A DNA stretch of 64,000 nt. Source: Candidatus Eiseniibacteriota bacterium. Lineage in GTDB: Bacteria > Eisenbacteria > RBG-16-71-46 > CAVPCR01. Location: NCBI GenBank assembly GCA_963823555.1, contig CAWGMA010000003.1, forward strand, positions 64,001 to 128,000. Reading direction: 5' to 3'. The position numbers and the translations under genes are program-made. Of this stretch, positions 1 to 13,498 are shown piece after piece (position 1 is the stretch's first letter; each line of letters opens with the position of its first letter). The notes beneath the pieces are model-generated. The model had not been told where the DNA came from. It made no database searches and was given only the letters and a program-made list of their open reading frames with translations.

Positions 1-11
1 GGGCGACTGGC

Positions 12-164
12 CCCGGGCGGCGAGGCGCGAAGCGAGGGGGGCCGACGGCGAGTTCCGCAGCGCGCCGGTTGCGAACAAGCTACTTCCAGGTGGTACGCCA
101 TCCCGCGTCGCGCCGTCGCGCCGTCGGCGCCGTTCTTCGCTATGAGCGCCGTCGTCCGCGAGAG
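12..164. repeat. Degenerate direct-repeat copy of the region around the acyl-CoA dehydrogenase 3' end
   Basis: By eye, 12-72 matches 2517-2577 (61 bp, 2 mismatches) and 118-164 matches 2814-2860 (47 bp, 2 mismatches). Confidence 0.85.
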
Positions 165-242
165 CTCCCGGAACCGACGAACGGGGTGCTCGCACCCTCG
201 AGCTGGCGTCAACAGGCGTGTTCCCTTCCCTCCGCTTCCATG

Positions 243-1554
243 TCACCGCAGAACAACGACCTTCTGCACGGCTCGTTGGCGACCGTGGCTAGCCACCAGG
301 AAATAGACACCCCGACGAGGCGACACGTCGAGCCCTTCGCTCAAGCTGTACGAGCTGATTCCGGTCCGCACCGGCAGGGTACGCCGGCCCTCCAGTCGTC
401 CCGCGCTGTCATAGAGCTCGAGCAACACCGGGATCGGCTCCTTCGCCGTCAGGAAGATGGTCCCACCCTGCCCAACCGGGTTCGGTACCACCTCCAGCTG
501 GAGTGGGGGTACCGAGGCCTCAGCTCCAGGGATTCCCGATGGGATCCCACATCCTACACCCAGAGCTCCTATCGTCGTCCCGCCTTGCCCCGCGCCGATG
601 CATGGCGAAGCCCAATCGAGCTCCAGGTCCTCGAGCTCGATCTCGCCCCAGTATCGAGGATTGCAGAAGAGCGGGTCCGCGATAATGTTCGTGCTATCCG
701 GCGAACCGCAAGCAGTCTGCGGGGCGGGGTGCCAGGCATTGTACTGCACCGTAGCCTCAGCACCGTTCAAACATCCGATTCCTTGACGGGCATCGGGATC
801 GGCATAGAAGATGTTGTTGATGAAACGCACGGCTGGAGGGGGCACCGGATACCCGTCTACATATAGGCTCATTCCCTCATCCGAATAGAAGGTGTTATCG
901 ATGATATCGACGGAAGTGATCGGAGGCCCGAAGTTCTGGATCGCGATTAGCCGGTAGGCAAGAGGCACTGCCATCACGCAGCTGCGCATCGAGAATGCTC
1001 CTCCAGTGATGCGAACGTACTCGTTGAGTTCGTGCGTCACATAGCAGCGAATGAACGAATCCTCCACGGTCAATCCGCCGCGGCAGTTGATCACCAGAGC
1101 GTGTGGCCAGCCTGGATCCCAGGTCGCAAAGAAACAACCGCGGACGACGGCCAGTGGATTGTCGCTGAACACGTAGCCCGCCAAACATCCACAGGTCCTG
1201 AACGATCGCTGGACCGGAGCCGGCTGGGAAGGTGAGCGGGACGCCGAAGAGAATCGTCCCACCAAGCGGGTACTCCCATCCAGCTCCAATGACTGTCACT
1301 CCTGGGCTGACGGTGGCTGCTTCCCCAGACTCAAAGTAGAGCCCGGCGGAGACGAGCAGCGTGTCGCCCGAGCTGGTAGCACCGAGCCCCCCCCTGAATG
1401 TCGGGTAGTCCTCCGGCACTCTGATGAGGCCGGCCTGACAGGGAACGGCTAGCGTCCACACGAGGCCTGCTAGTGCACAACAGCACCAGGCAAGGAACAG
1501 CCTCCGCTTCCCTTGCCCTTTGCGAAGCTGTTCATCTTCGTCTCCTCTCGCCAT
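243..1554 (-). CDS. Secreted beta-helix (pectin-lyase-like) protein with C-terminal FlgD/T9SS-like sorting domain; frameshifted near 1160-1200
   Basis: ORF 895-1554 gives a signal peptide plus 'IRVPEDYPT...GDTLLVSAGLY'. ORF 243-1289 gives 'NIIADPLFC...SPCIGAG...IGALGVGC' plus tail 'VVPNP...ELYDSAGR...GVYFL...QKVVVLR'. The frames differ by +1. Confidence 0.7.
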
Positions 1555-2175
1555 TCAGCGCAAGAGCAGCATCTTCCGGCTGCTTCTCGACCTTCCAAGC
1601 TCAAGCTCGTAGAAGTACACGCCCGAGGAAACCGGCCGACCGTCTCCATCGAGGCCATCCCACGTCGCCTCGTGCACTCCCGGCTCAACCGGCCCATCAA
1701 CCAGCGTTCGCACCAACCGCCCGGATACACCAAAGATCCGGAGGCGGGCCTCCTGCTTCACTCCGCTATGGAACACAATGCGGGTCGAGGTTGCGGGTCG
1801 GGCACTGGGTGGCTGCGCCCAGTGACTGCCGCCCCACCCTCGAGCCCCGTCGAGTCCACGTCCGACTGCCAGAGATGAAGCGTGCCACCCCGATCCAGGA
1901 CCAGGAGATCGAGCTTTCCCGCGATTGGTCAGGCTCCCGATCACCGGGGAGCCGACGATCGATTCCGTGACCTGGATCGGCCACCCTGGATTGGGCGCGC
2001 CTGCATCGAGGTCCACGGCGAAGATGCCGCCGAGGGTGGTCGTGTAGAGCATCTCGATTGTTGCGGTGCCCAGACGCAGATCCTCGGGATGAAAGGAGAT
2101 CAGGAAGTGCAGGTCACCGAAAGAAGTGACTTCGGGGCGGGCGTCAGCGCGAGGTGTGAGGAAGAGCATCCCCAT
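1555..2175 (-). pseudogene. Degraded FG-GAP-like secreted protein with C-terminal FlgD Ig domain
   Basis: Tail 'RLRIFGVSGRLVRTLVDG...WDGLDGDGRPVSSGVYFYEL' is intact. The middle reads as protein only in another frame (KLDLLVLDRGGTLHLWQSD after ~1915), implying compensating frameshifts. Confidence 0.55.
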
Positions 2176-2226
2176 GGCTGATGAAGGCCAGCAGCGGTAA
2201 GAGCGCGCAAGTCCCTACCACATTCA

Positions 2227-2274
2227 GCGTGCGGCGTGCGGCGTGCGGCGTGCGGCGTGCGGCGTGCGGCGTGC
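2227..2274. repeat. Heptamer simple sequence repeat (GCGGCGT)x6 plus partial units
   Basis: gcgt-(gcggcgt)6-gc read directly. Confidence 0.95.
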
Positions 2275-2674
2275 ATCCCGACCTCCAGCCGCTGCCCCGA
2301 CCCGCTCCGGGACTCGCTGGGTCCGAGCAGGGCAGTTGCGTCCAGCCCGCCTCGGCTGGGATCCGAGGCTCAAGCCTCGCCTGGGCGATGGAGGTCTCTT
2401 CTACGGCCTCAGTGCCCCGCGGCGAGGCACTCACGGCTGACTTTAGCAGCAGCCAGAACAGGCTGCAAGCCCTCTGCCAGACGCGCTTACCAGCGGCCGC
2501 TCTTCAAGAGAGCAGACCCGGGCGGCGAGGGGCGAAGCGAGGGGGGCCGACGGCGAGTTCCGCAGCGCGCCAGTTGCTGCAGACCCTCGTCCTGGTGGCA
2601 CGCACTCCGCAGGCGCGCGAGGACTGTTCGAGCCGGAGCGCCCCCCTCGCAAGCGACCGAAGCCGCCGCCGCAC

Positions 2675-4451
2675 CTACGCGAGATCGGCGCAGGTCCGAT
2701 CCGACACCCGGCGCACGAGCTCGTCCGAGTTCGACTCCGTCGCCGCGAGCGCGCGGTCGATCCGCCGCCGGGCCTCGGCGCAGAAGAGCCGCGTCAAATC
2801 GATCTCGCGCGCGGCGCCGTCGGCGCCGTTCTTCGCGATGAGCGCCGTCGTCCGTGAGAGGCACGCGGTCATGGCGTAGATGTCGCTCGCCGCATCGGCG
2901 AGCCGCGCCATCGCGAGCTGACGCTGCGGCAACGCCTCGCGGTGACGGCAAGAGCATCGCCTCGCTCGCCGCCGCCAGCGCGCGCACTCCCTCCTCCACC
3001 ATCCCCGCCTCGGTCTTGAGCTCGGCCGCCACGTGCTCGAAGCGCTCGCGGATCACCTCCCGGGTGACGAGCCGCCTGGCGAAGCTCGCGAAGGCGCTGA
3101 GCTCGCCCATCTTCTGCCTGGCGGCCTCCTCGCGGAGCGCCTGGGTGGGCGCCTTGAGGCCGGTGCCGGCGATGTTCAAGCGCTGGATCTCGTTCGTACC
3201 CTCGAAGATCATGTTGACGCGGCAGTCACGGAGGAAGCGCTCGTAGGGATACTCGGTGATGAAGCCGTTCCCGCCGTTGATCTGGACGGCGTGGTTGACG
3301 ATGGTCCAGAGCCCCTCGGAGCAGAAGGTCTTGGTCATCGCCGACTCGACGGCGAAGTCGGCGCCGCCGCGGTCGGCGATCCCCGCCGTGAGATAGACGA
3401 CGCTCTCCATGGCATAGGTCAGGCTCGCCATCTCGGCGATCATCTGCTGGATGAGCTCGAAGTCCTTGAGATACGTGTCGAACTGCTGGCGCTCGGCGGC
3501 GTGGGCCACGGCGGCCGCGAGCATGCGCCTGGCCGCGCCGACGCAGCAGGCGCCGATCGAGAGCCGGCCGGTGTTCAGGATCGTGAGCGCGATCTTCAGG
3601 CCCTCGCCCTTCTTCCCGAGCACGTTCGCCGCCGGCACGCTGGCGTTCTGGAAGAGGATGTCGGTGGTCGACGAGCCGCGGATCCCCATCTTGTGCTCTT
3701 CCTTGCCACGCTCGACGCCGGGGGTGGTCATCTCGACCAGGAAGGCGGTGATGTCGCGACCCTTCTTGACCGGGCCGAGATCGGGCGTGCGCGCGAAGAC
3801 GAGGAGGAGATCGCAGTAGCCGCCGTTCGTGCACCACTGCTTGGTGCCATTGAGGACGTAGACCTGCTCCGCGGGATCCCAGGTCGCGACCGTACGCAGT
3901 GCGGCGGCATCGGAGCCCGCTCCCGACTCGCTGAGCGAGAAGGCGCCGACGAGCTCTCCCGAGGCCATCCGCGGCAGGAAGCGCTTTCTCTGCTCGTCGG
4001 TGCCGAAGAGGATGACGCCCTTGGCGGCGAGCGACTGGTGGCCACCGATGAGTGTCGCCGTGGCCCCACAGTGGCCCGCCACCTGCTCCATGAACCGGCA
4101 GTAGGCGCTCGTCGACATGCCGAACCCGTCCTGCTCCTCGGGAATGGTGAGCCCGAGCGCCCCCATCTCGGCCAGGCCCCGGATCACCTCGTCCGGGATC
4201 CGGGCCGCGGCATCGATCGCGACCGCATCGATCTTGTCCTCGGCGAAGCGGCGGAAGGCGCCGAGCACGAGATCGAGCTCGCTTGCCTCGCCGGCATCCA
4301 TCTCGGGGTACGGGAACACGATGTCCTCGAGGAGGGCGCCGATGAAGAGCCCCTTCATGAATCCATCGACCCCGCCGTCGGGCGGCCCCGCCGGCTTCCC
4401 GCCGCCGGCCGCGGGCGCACCGCTCGTCTGCTTCCCTGCTGCGTGCTCCAT
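2675..4451 (-). CDS. Acyl-CoA dehydrogenase (VLCAD/ACAD9-like, FadE family); +1 frameshift near 2948
   Basis: ATG 4451 after a GAGGAGGGGGGAGG RBS; motifs FSLSESGAGSDA, LNGTKQWCTNG, KMGIRGS, IFEGTNEI (catalytic Glu). C-terminus continues in ORF 2675-2932 (QLAMARLADAASDIYAM). Confidence 0.9.
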
Positions 4452-4465
4452 GACCTCCCCCCTCC

Positions 4466-6688
4466 TCACCGGTCGGGATGGAACTTCTTTCCTTGCCGCG
4501 CCAGGTCCGCGAGGAGCGGAGCCGGCAGGTAACGATCGCGGCCTTCGCTGGCGAGAACGTGCATGCGCTCGACGAGGATCACGAGATCGAGCGAGTCGGC
4601 GTAGCGCAGGATCCCGCCCCGGAAGGACGGGAATCCGGCGCCCAGCACCATCGCCAAGTCGACGAGCTCCGGTCCTTGGACCGCGCCCTCGGCGAGCGCC
4701 CGGGCGGCCTCGTTGATCATCGGGAGCACCAGCCGCTCCTGGACGTTGGCGGTGAACTCGGGCGTGCCCGCCCCCTCGCTCGCCGTCCCCGCCGGCAACG
4801 ACTCGATGAGCCCGAGCACATCGGCATCCACCCGCTTCACGCTTCCGGTCGTGCGGTAGAAGCCGAGCCCCGCCTTCCGTCCGAGGCGACCCTGGGCGAC
4901 GAGCGCCGTGAGAAGCGGCGACGGCGTGATCCCGGTCGCCCGCCTGAGGTTCTCCCCGGCCCTCACCGCCACGTCGAGGCCGATCTCGTCCAGGAGCTCG
5001 AGCGGGCCCAGTGGCATGCCGAAGTTTCGCATCGCGCGATCGACGACATCGATGGCGAGCCCTTCCTCGACCAGGATCGTGGCCTCGTTCAGATAGGGCG
5101 CGAGGATGCGATGGACGAGGAAGCCGGGCCGATCGGCGACCACGATCGGGACCTTGCCGAGGCGTTTGGCGAGCGCGAAGGCGGTGGCCACGGCCTCGTC
5201 CTCGGTCTGCTCGCCGCGGACGATCTCGACGAGGCGGTTCCCCCTCACCGGAGGGAAGAAGTGCATGCCCAGGAACCGGGACGGCCGCCACAGGGCGGCG
5301 CCGAGCGCCGTGATCGAGAGTGAGGAGGTGTTCGAGGCGATGATCGCGTCCTCGCGCACCTCCGGCTCGAGCTCGCGGAGGAGCGCGAGCTTGGTCTCCA
5401 GGTCCTCGACCACCGACTCGATCACGAGATCGGAACGGCGGAACCCCTTGAGCTCGAGGGTCGGGGCGATGAGCGCCATTCGCCGCTCGACCTCGGCCGG
5501 GGTCACCTCCTCGCGCTCGACCTGGGGCCGGTAGAGCTCGCGCACCTGGTTCAGGGCGCGGGCGTTGGCCTCGTGCTTGATGTCGCGCATCCGGACCGGG
5601 ATCTCGGCCCGCGTCGCCACGTAGGCGATACCGCTCCCCATCGTGCCCGCGCCCACGACCCCGATGTCGCGCACCGGCCTCGCCTCGACGCGACTATCGG
5701 CGACTCCCCGCGACTTCTTGATGGCCGCGGCCGTGAAATGGAGCGCCAGCATGTTGCGGGTGGCCGACGAGATCAGGAGCTCGCTCGCCCCCCGTGCCTC
5801 GACGACATAGCCGGCGCGGTTCCCGAGCTCGGTCCCGACGCGCACCGCGGCGAGGACCGCGGGCGGCGCGGGATAGAGCCCGTGGGTGCGCGCGTAGAGC
5901 TCCTCGTGAGCCCGATCGAAGATCTTGGTGCGGCCGAGCCGCGTGTGCTCGATGAGCCGCTCCCAGCCGCTGAGCCGGGGCAGCGCGCGGCGCGGGCCGC
6001 GCTTCTCGGCCACCACCCGCCGCGCATAGGCGAGCGCCTGATCGGCGAAGAGCTCGGCCGGATACACCTCGTCGGCGAGCCCCTTCGCCCGCGCCTCCTC
6101 CGGGCCGAGAACGCGGCCCGAGAGGAGGAGCCCGAGCGCGCGGCGGATGCCGATCACCTGCGGCAGGCGCTGCGTCCCGCCCCAGGCCGGCATCAGGCCG
6201 AGCTCGAGCCCGGGGAACCCGATCGCGGTCGATGGCCGATCGCTCAGCAGGCGATAGTGGCACGCGAGCGCGAACTCGGCGCCGCCGCCGAGACAGGCGC
6301 CGTCGATGGCGGCGATCACCGGGAGGCGCAGCGTCTCGACCTTGGCGAAGACTCGCTGCCCCAGGCGCACCGCCTCGAACGCGTCGCGCTTGGTGCGGAG
6401 GCGCGCGATCTCATCGAGGTCGGCGCCGGAGAGGAAGGCGTCCCGCTTGAAGCTGCGCGCGATGACCGCGCTCGCCTCGGTCGCTCGCGCCAGGTCATCG
6501 AGGAGCTGATCGAGCGTTTCGAGCACCTCACGGGTGAAGAGATTGACCGGACGCTCCGGATCATCGAACGTGAGATAGAGGATGTTGTCCGGGCCGCGGT
6601 CGATCCGCACCGGGGGTCCGGGCTGCCGTCCGAGCTCGAGCTGTCCACCGCCCGCGGCGTCTCTGTCCGGTCGCTCTTCGTCGTTCAC
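4466..6688 (-). CDS. fadJ: Fatty-acid oxidation complex alpha subunit (enoyl-CoA hydratase / 3-hydroxyacyl-CoA dehydrogenase), hydratase site degenerate
   Basis: Crotonase motifs SGADL, GGGAEFALAC, PAWGGTQRL; dehydrogenase motifs GAGTMGSGIA, SNTSSL, GMHFF...LVE, GRKAGLGFY. Confidence 0.9.
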   Translation of the reverse strand: MNDEERPDRDAAGGGQLELGRQPGPPVRIDRGPDNILYLTFDDPERPVNLFTREVLETLDQLLDDLARATEASAVIARSFKRDAFLSGADLDEIARLRTKRDAFEAVRLGQRVFAKVETLRLPVIAAIDGACLGGGAEFALACHYRLLSDRPSTAIGFPGLELGLMPAWGGTQRLPQVIGIRRALGLLLSGRVLGPEEARAKGLADEVYPAELFADQALAYARRVVAEKRGPRRALPRLSGWERLIEHTRLGRTKIFDRAHEELYARTHGLYPAPPAVLAAVRVGTELGNRAGYVVEARGASELLISSATRNMLALHFTAAAIKKSRGVADSRVEARPVRDIGVVGAGTMGSGIAYVATRAEIPVRMRDIKHEANARALNQVRELYRPQVEREEVTPAEVERRMALIAPTLELKGFRRSDLVIESVVEDLETKLALLRELEPEVREDAIIASNTSSLSITALGAALWRPSRFLGMHFFPPVRGNRLVEIVRGEQTEDEAVATAFALAKRLGKVPIVVADRPGFLVHRILAPYLNEATILVEEGLAIDVVDRAMRNFGMPLGPLELLDEIGLDVAVRAGENLRRATGITPSPLLTALVAQGRLGRKAGLGFYRTTGSVKRVDADVLGLIESLPAGTASEGAGTPEFTANVQERLVLPMINEAARALAEGAVQGPELVDLAMVLGAGFPSFRGGILRYADSLDLVILVERMHVLASEGRDRYLPAPLLADLARQGKKFHPDR

Positions 6689-6702
6689 GTCCCTCTTCCC
6701 CC

Positions 6703-7977
6703 CTACCGTTCGAGGACCATGGCGGCGCCCTGCCCGCCGCCGACGCTCACGGTCACGAGCCCGAGGTTCACGTCACGCCGGTCCATCTCCCTGATCAGCG
6801 TGAGAACGAGGCGCGCGCCGGAGGCGCCCACCGGGTGGCCGAGCGCGATCGCGCCGCCGTTCACGTTCAAGCGATCCCGATCGATCTCCCCGATCGCCGT
6901 CCCTCGTCCCAGATTCGCCGCGGCGAAGGTCCGCGAGGCGAAGGCCGCCTCGTTGGCAAGAACGAAGGCGGCGAAGGCCTCGTGCATCTCGATGAGCTGG
7001 ATGTCGCGAAAGTCGACCCGCCCCAGGTCGAGGGCCCGGGGCGTAGCGTGGGCGGGGCCGAGGCCCATGCGCGCGGGCTCCACCCCCACCACGGCATGGG
7101 ACCGGATGCGGGCGAGCGGATGGAGACCCAGCTCGCGCGCCCGCCGGACGCTCGTGACGAGGCAGATCGCCGCTCCGTCGGCGATCCCGGCGGCGTTGCC
7201 GGCCGTCACCGTGCCATAGCGCCCATCGAAGATCGGCTCGCGCCCGGCCAGATCCTCGGCGGTCAGGGCACTGTCGGGACCCTCGTCCTCGGCCACCACC
7301 GGCGTCTCCCCGCTGTGAGGATAGACGGGCACGATCTCGGCCGCGAGCCTGGGCCGCGCGGCCACCGCCCGGCGGTGGCTCAGGAGCGCCAGATCGTCCT
7401 GCGCCTCCCGCGAGATCTTCCATTCCTTCGCCAGCATCTCCGCCGACTCGCCAGGATGAAGGCCGGAGAGCGGATCGACGGCCCCCCGCTCGCGGGCCGC
7501 GGCCACGCGCCCCGCCGGCCGCCGGCCGGTGGCGGTCGAGACCGCCGCTCGCGGGCGGAGCCACGGGATGTCGGCGCGCACCGCCTCGGCGTCATCGACG
7601 AGCAGGAGGGGAGAGCGGCTCATCGATTCCACGCCTCCCGCAACGACGACGCTCGCCGCGCCGGTGGCGACGAGTCGCGTCGCGGCGGCGATGGCCTCGA
7701 GACCGGAAGCACCGTTCAGGTTGATGACGGAGGCGGATACACGGGGCGGGAGGCCGGCCTCGATGGCGATCACGCGGGCCACGTTGGCGGCCTCGTCGGG
7801 AGCGGAGACATTCCCGATCACGACATGATCGATGAGCGCGGGATCGAGAGCGGTGCGATCGATGAGCTCACGGAGCGCGATCCGCGCCATCTGCGCGGCG
7901 GGAACGCCACGCAGGAGCTTCCCCGCCCGCGAGAACGGGGTGCGCACTCCATCGACGATGGCGATCTCGCCGACCAC
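6703..7977 (-). CDS. fadI: Thiolase-fold beta subunit (FadI-like) lacking both catalytic cysteines
   Basis: GVRTPF, GGVESMS, HEAFAA, LNVNGGAIALGHPVGASG. The Cys motifs read NLNGASG and VSVGGGQG. Confidence 0.85.
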   Translation of the reverse strand: MVGEIAIVDGVRTPFSRAGKLLRGVPAAQMARIALRELIDRTALDPALIDHVVIGNVSAPDEAANVARVIAIEAGLPPRVSASVINLNGASGLEAIAAATRLVATGAASVVVAGGVESMSRSPLLLVDDAEAVRADIPWLRPRAAVSTATGRRPAGRVAAARERGAVDPLSGLHPGESAEMLAKEWKISREAQDDLALLSHRRAVAARPRLAAEIVPVYPHSGETPVVAEDEGPDSALTAEDLAGREPIFDGRYGTVTAGNAAGIADGAAICLVTSVRRARELGLHPLARIRSHAVVGVEPARMGLGPAHATPRALDLGRVDFRDIQLIEMHEAFAAFVLANEAAFASRTFAAANLGRGTAIGEIDRDRLNVNGGAIALGHPVGASGARLVLTLIREMDRRDVNLGLVTVSVGGGQGAAMVLER

Positions 7978-7980
7978 GGG

Positions 7981-9453
7981 CTAGGGGGCCTCCTCCGTCT
8001 CGGGGGTGCGCGCTCCAGCTGAATCGACGCCGCCAGCGACCACCGCTCTCACCCCCATCTGGGGTCCAGAGGGACCGGGCGCGGAGGGCGCATGCTCGGT
8101 GCGCCGCACGAAGTAGTTCTTGCGCACCCCGGCGAGCCACTCCTCGGTGAGAACCACGGCGCGTTCCTCGAGCATGCGCATCCGGAGTCGCTCCTGGACC
8201 TCCTCGTAGCTGTACTCGCCGCCGCCTTCCCGCTTGAGCACCTTGAAGATGTGATATCCGGCGTCCGAGCTCACGCCCTCGCTGATCTGGCCGGCAGCGA
8301 GCCCGCGCACGGCCGCTGCGATCACGGGATTCAGCTCGGCCTCATCGAAATCGCCGAGGCTGCCGCCCTTCTCGGCGCTCTCGAGATCATCCGAGTGCTC
8401 GCGGGCGAGAGCGGCAAAGTCGGCGCCGTCCTTGGCCAGCTTGTGCACCTTCTCGGCTTCCGTGCGCGCGCGCTGGCGATCGGCTTCACTGAGCTCGATC
8501 GCCACCCTGATGTGGGCGAGATGAGCCCGTTCCCCCTCGCGCTCGATGAGCCGGATGATCTCGACGCCCTGCGGCACCTGGAAGGGCGGGGAGATGTCGC
8601 CCGGCGCGAGCTTCTGGACCTCGGCGGCAATCCGCGGGTCGATGTCGCCCGGCGCGAACCAGCCGAGGTCCCCCGCGTTCTGGCGGCTCGCGGCGTCATC
8701 CGACTCCTCGCGAGCGATGGTTGCGAAGTCCTCACCGGCCGTGAGACGGCCCTCGATGCGATCGAGCTTGGCCTGGGCGCGAGCGATGGCCTCCTCGTTG
8801 GCCTTGAGCGCGATGAAGATGTGGGCCAGCGTGAGCTTGCCCGGCTTCTTGGGCAGCTCGGAACGGTGCTCCTCGTAGTAGGCCTTGAGCTCCGTCTCGG
8901 GGATCTCGATCTTCGAGTAGACCTCGCGCTGCATGAGCCGCGAGGTCAGGATCTCCCGCCGCGCATCCTCGCGGTAGCGCGCGCGCAGGTCCTCCTCGGT
9001 GAGACCTTCCTTCTTGAGCTCCTGCTGGAAGACCTCATCGCCCCCCATCTGCTGCTTGACCGAGTCGAGATGCTGGCTGACGGCCTGCTCGACCTCGACG
9101 TCGGTGACCGTGATGCCCCGGGCGCGCGCTTCCTGCACCACGATCTTCTCGTCGATGAGGCTCTGCAAGATCTCCTCGCGGGCGCGGGCGATGCTGGTGT
9201 CGGGGAGGTTGGCGCGCATGCGGAGGAAGGCGAGCTGCTCCTCGACCTCGCTCGAGAGCACCACCTCGTCGCCGACCTGGGCGGCAACCCCCTCGACCAT
9301 GCTCGGCTCGCCGGCCCCGGAGCGCGGCGCCACGATCACGAGACCAGCGAGGATCGCCGTCAGGAATGCGCTGGACACAAGGGTGGCTCGACCCTGATGC
9401 GGCTTCGAATCCGCCGCGGATCGGGCCTCGATCGAATCGTCATGGATGGACAA
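7981..9453 (-). CDS. surA: SurA-like periplasmic peptidyl-prolyl isomerase/chaperone (two parvulin domains)
   Basis: C-terminal third of the fused ORF 7981-13218: signal-like segment, 'VEGVAAQVGDEVVLSSEV', 'GEDFATIAREESDD...GDLGWF', 'GADFAALAREHSDD...GGSLG'. TTG 9453 with AAAGGA RBS (GTG 9378 is an alternative). Confidence 0.8.
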   Translation of the reverse strand: MSIHDDSIEARSAADSKPHQGRATLVSSAFLTAILAGLVIVAPRSGAGEPSMVEGVAAQVGDEVVLSSEVEEQLAFLRMRANLPDTSIARAREEILQSLIDEKIVVQEARARGITVTDVEVEQAVSQHLDSVKQQMGGDEVFQQELKKEGLTEEDLRARYREDARREILTSRLMQREVYSKIEIPETELKAYYEEHRSELPKKPGKLTLAHIFIALKANEEAIARAQAKLDRIEGRLTAGEDFATIAREESDDAASRQNAGDLGWFAPGDIDPRIAAEVQKLAPGDISPPFQVPQGVEIIRLIEREGERAHLAHIRVAIELSEADRQRARTEAEKVHKLAKDGADFAALAREHSDDLESAEKGGSLGDFDEAELNPVIAAAVRGLAAGQISEGVSSDAGYHIFKVLKREGGGEYSYEEVQERLRMRMLEERAVVLTEEWLAGVRKNYFVRRTEHAPSAPGPSGPQMGVRAVVAGGVDSAGARTPETEEAP

Positions 9454-9554
9454 GGGAACCCGTCCTTTGCGGGAGGCAAGAGGCTGCCGATCGCAGTGAT
9501 CTGGCGCCGCGAATGGAGGCCGATCCGAGACTGTGACATTCCCCCAAGCCAAGG

Positions 9555-13218
<3,664 letters not shown>

Positions 13219-13498
13219 GGAACTTCCAGGCTGTGGGGCCAGGGCGGACCCTTCCGGTGGTTCGGGCTCGAGAGCTCCCGGGTCATGATCGCCGTGCGTC
13301 CTTCGGCTTGCCTCTTGGAGGTGACACGCTGGCGTGGCAACATGGGCTCGATGTGCGTGGCCCGGGCCGAGCCTCGAGAGGCGAAGCGATTGAGTCTACC
13401 CGGGCGGGCAAGACCGGCGCAATTTCGAGTCGGCGCACCATCATGTCCAGGCTCAGCCGGAGTGCCGGCGATCCGTGGCTGGATCGATGGAGGTCGGA

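Noticed and set aside
4452..5291. Long N-terminal extension of the acyl-CoA dehydrogenase
   Set aside because: Off-frame read of fadJ; a strong RBS and ATG are present at 4451.
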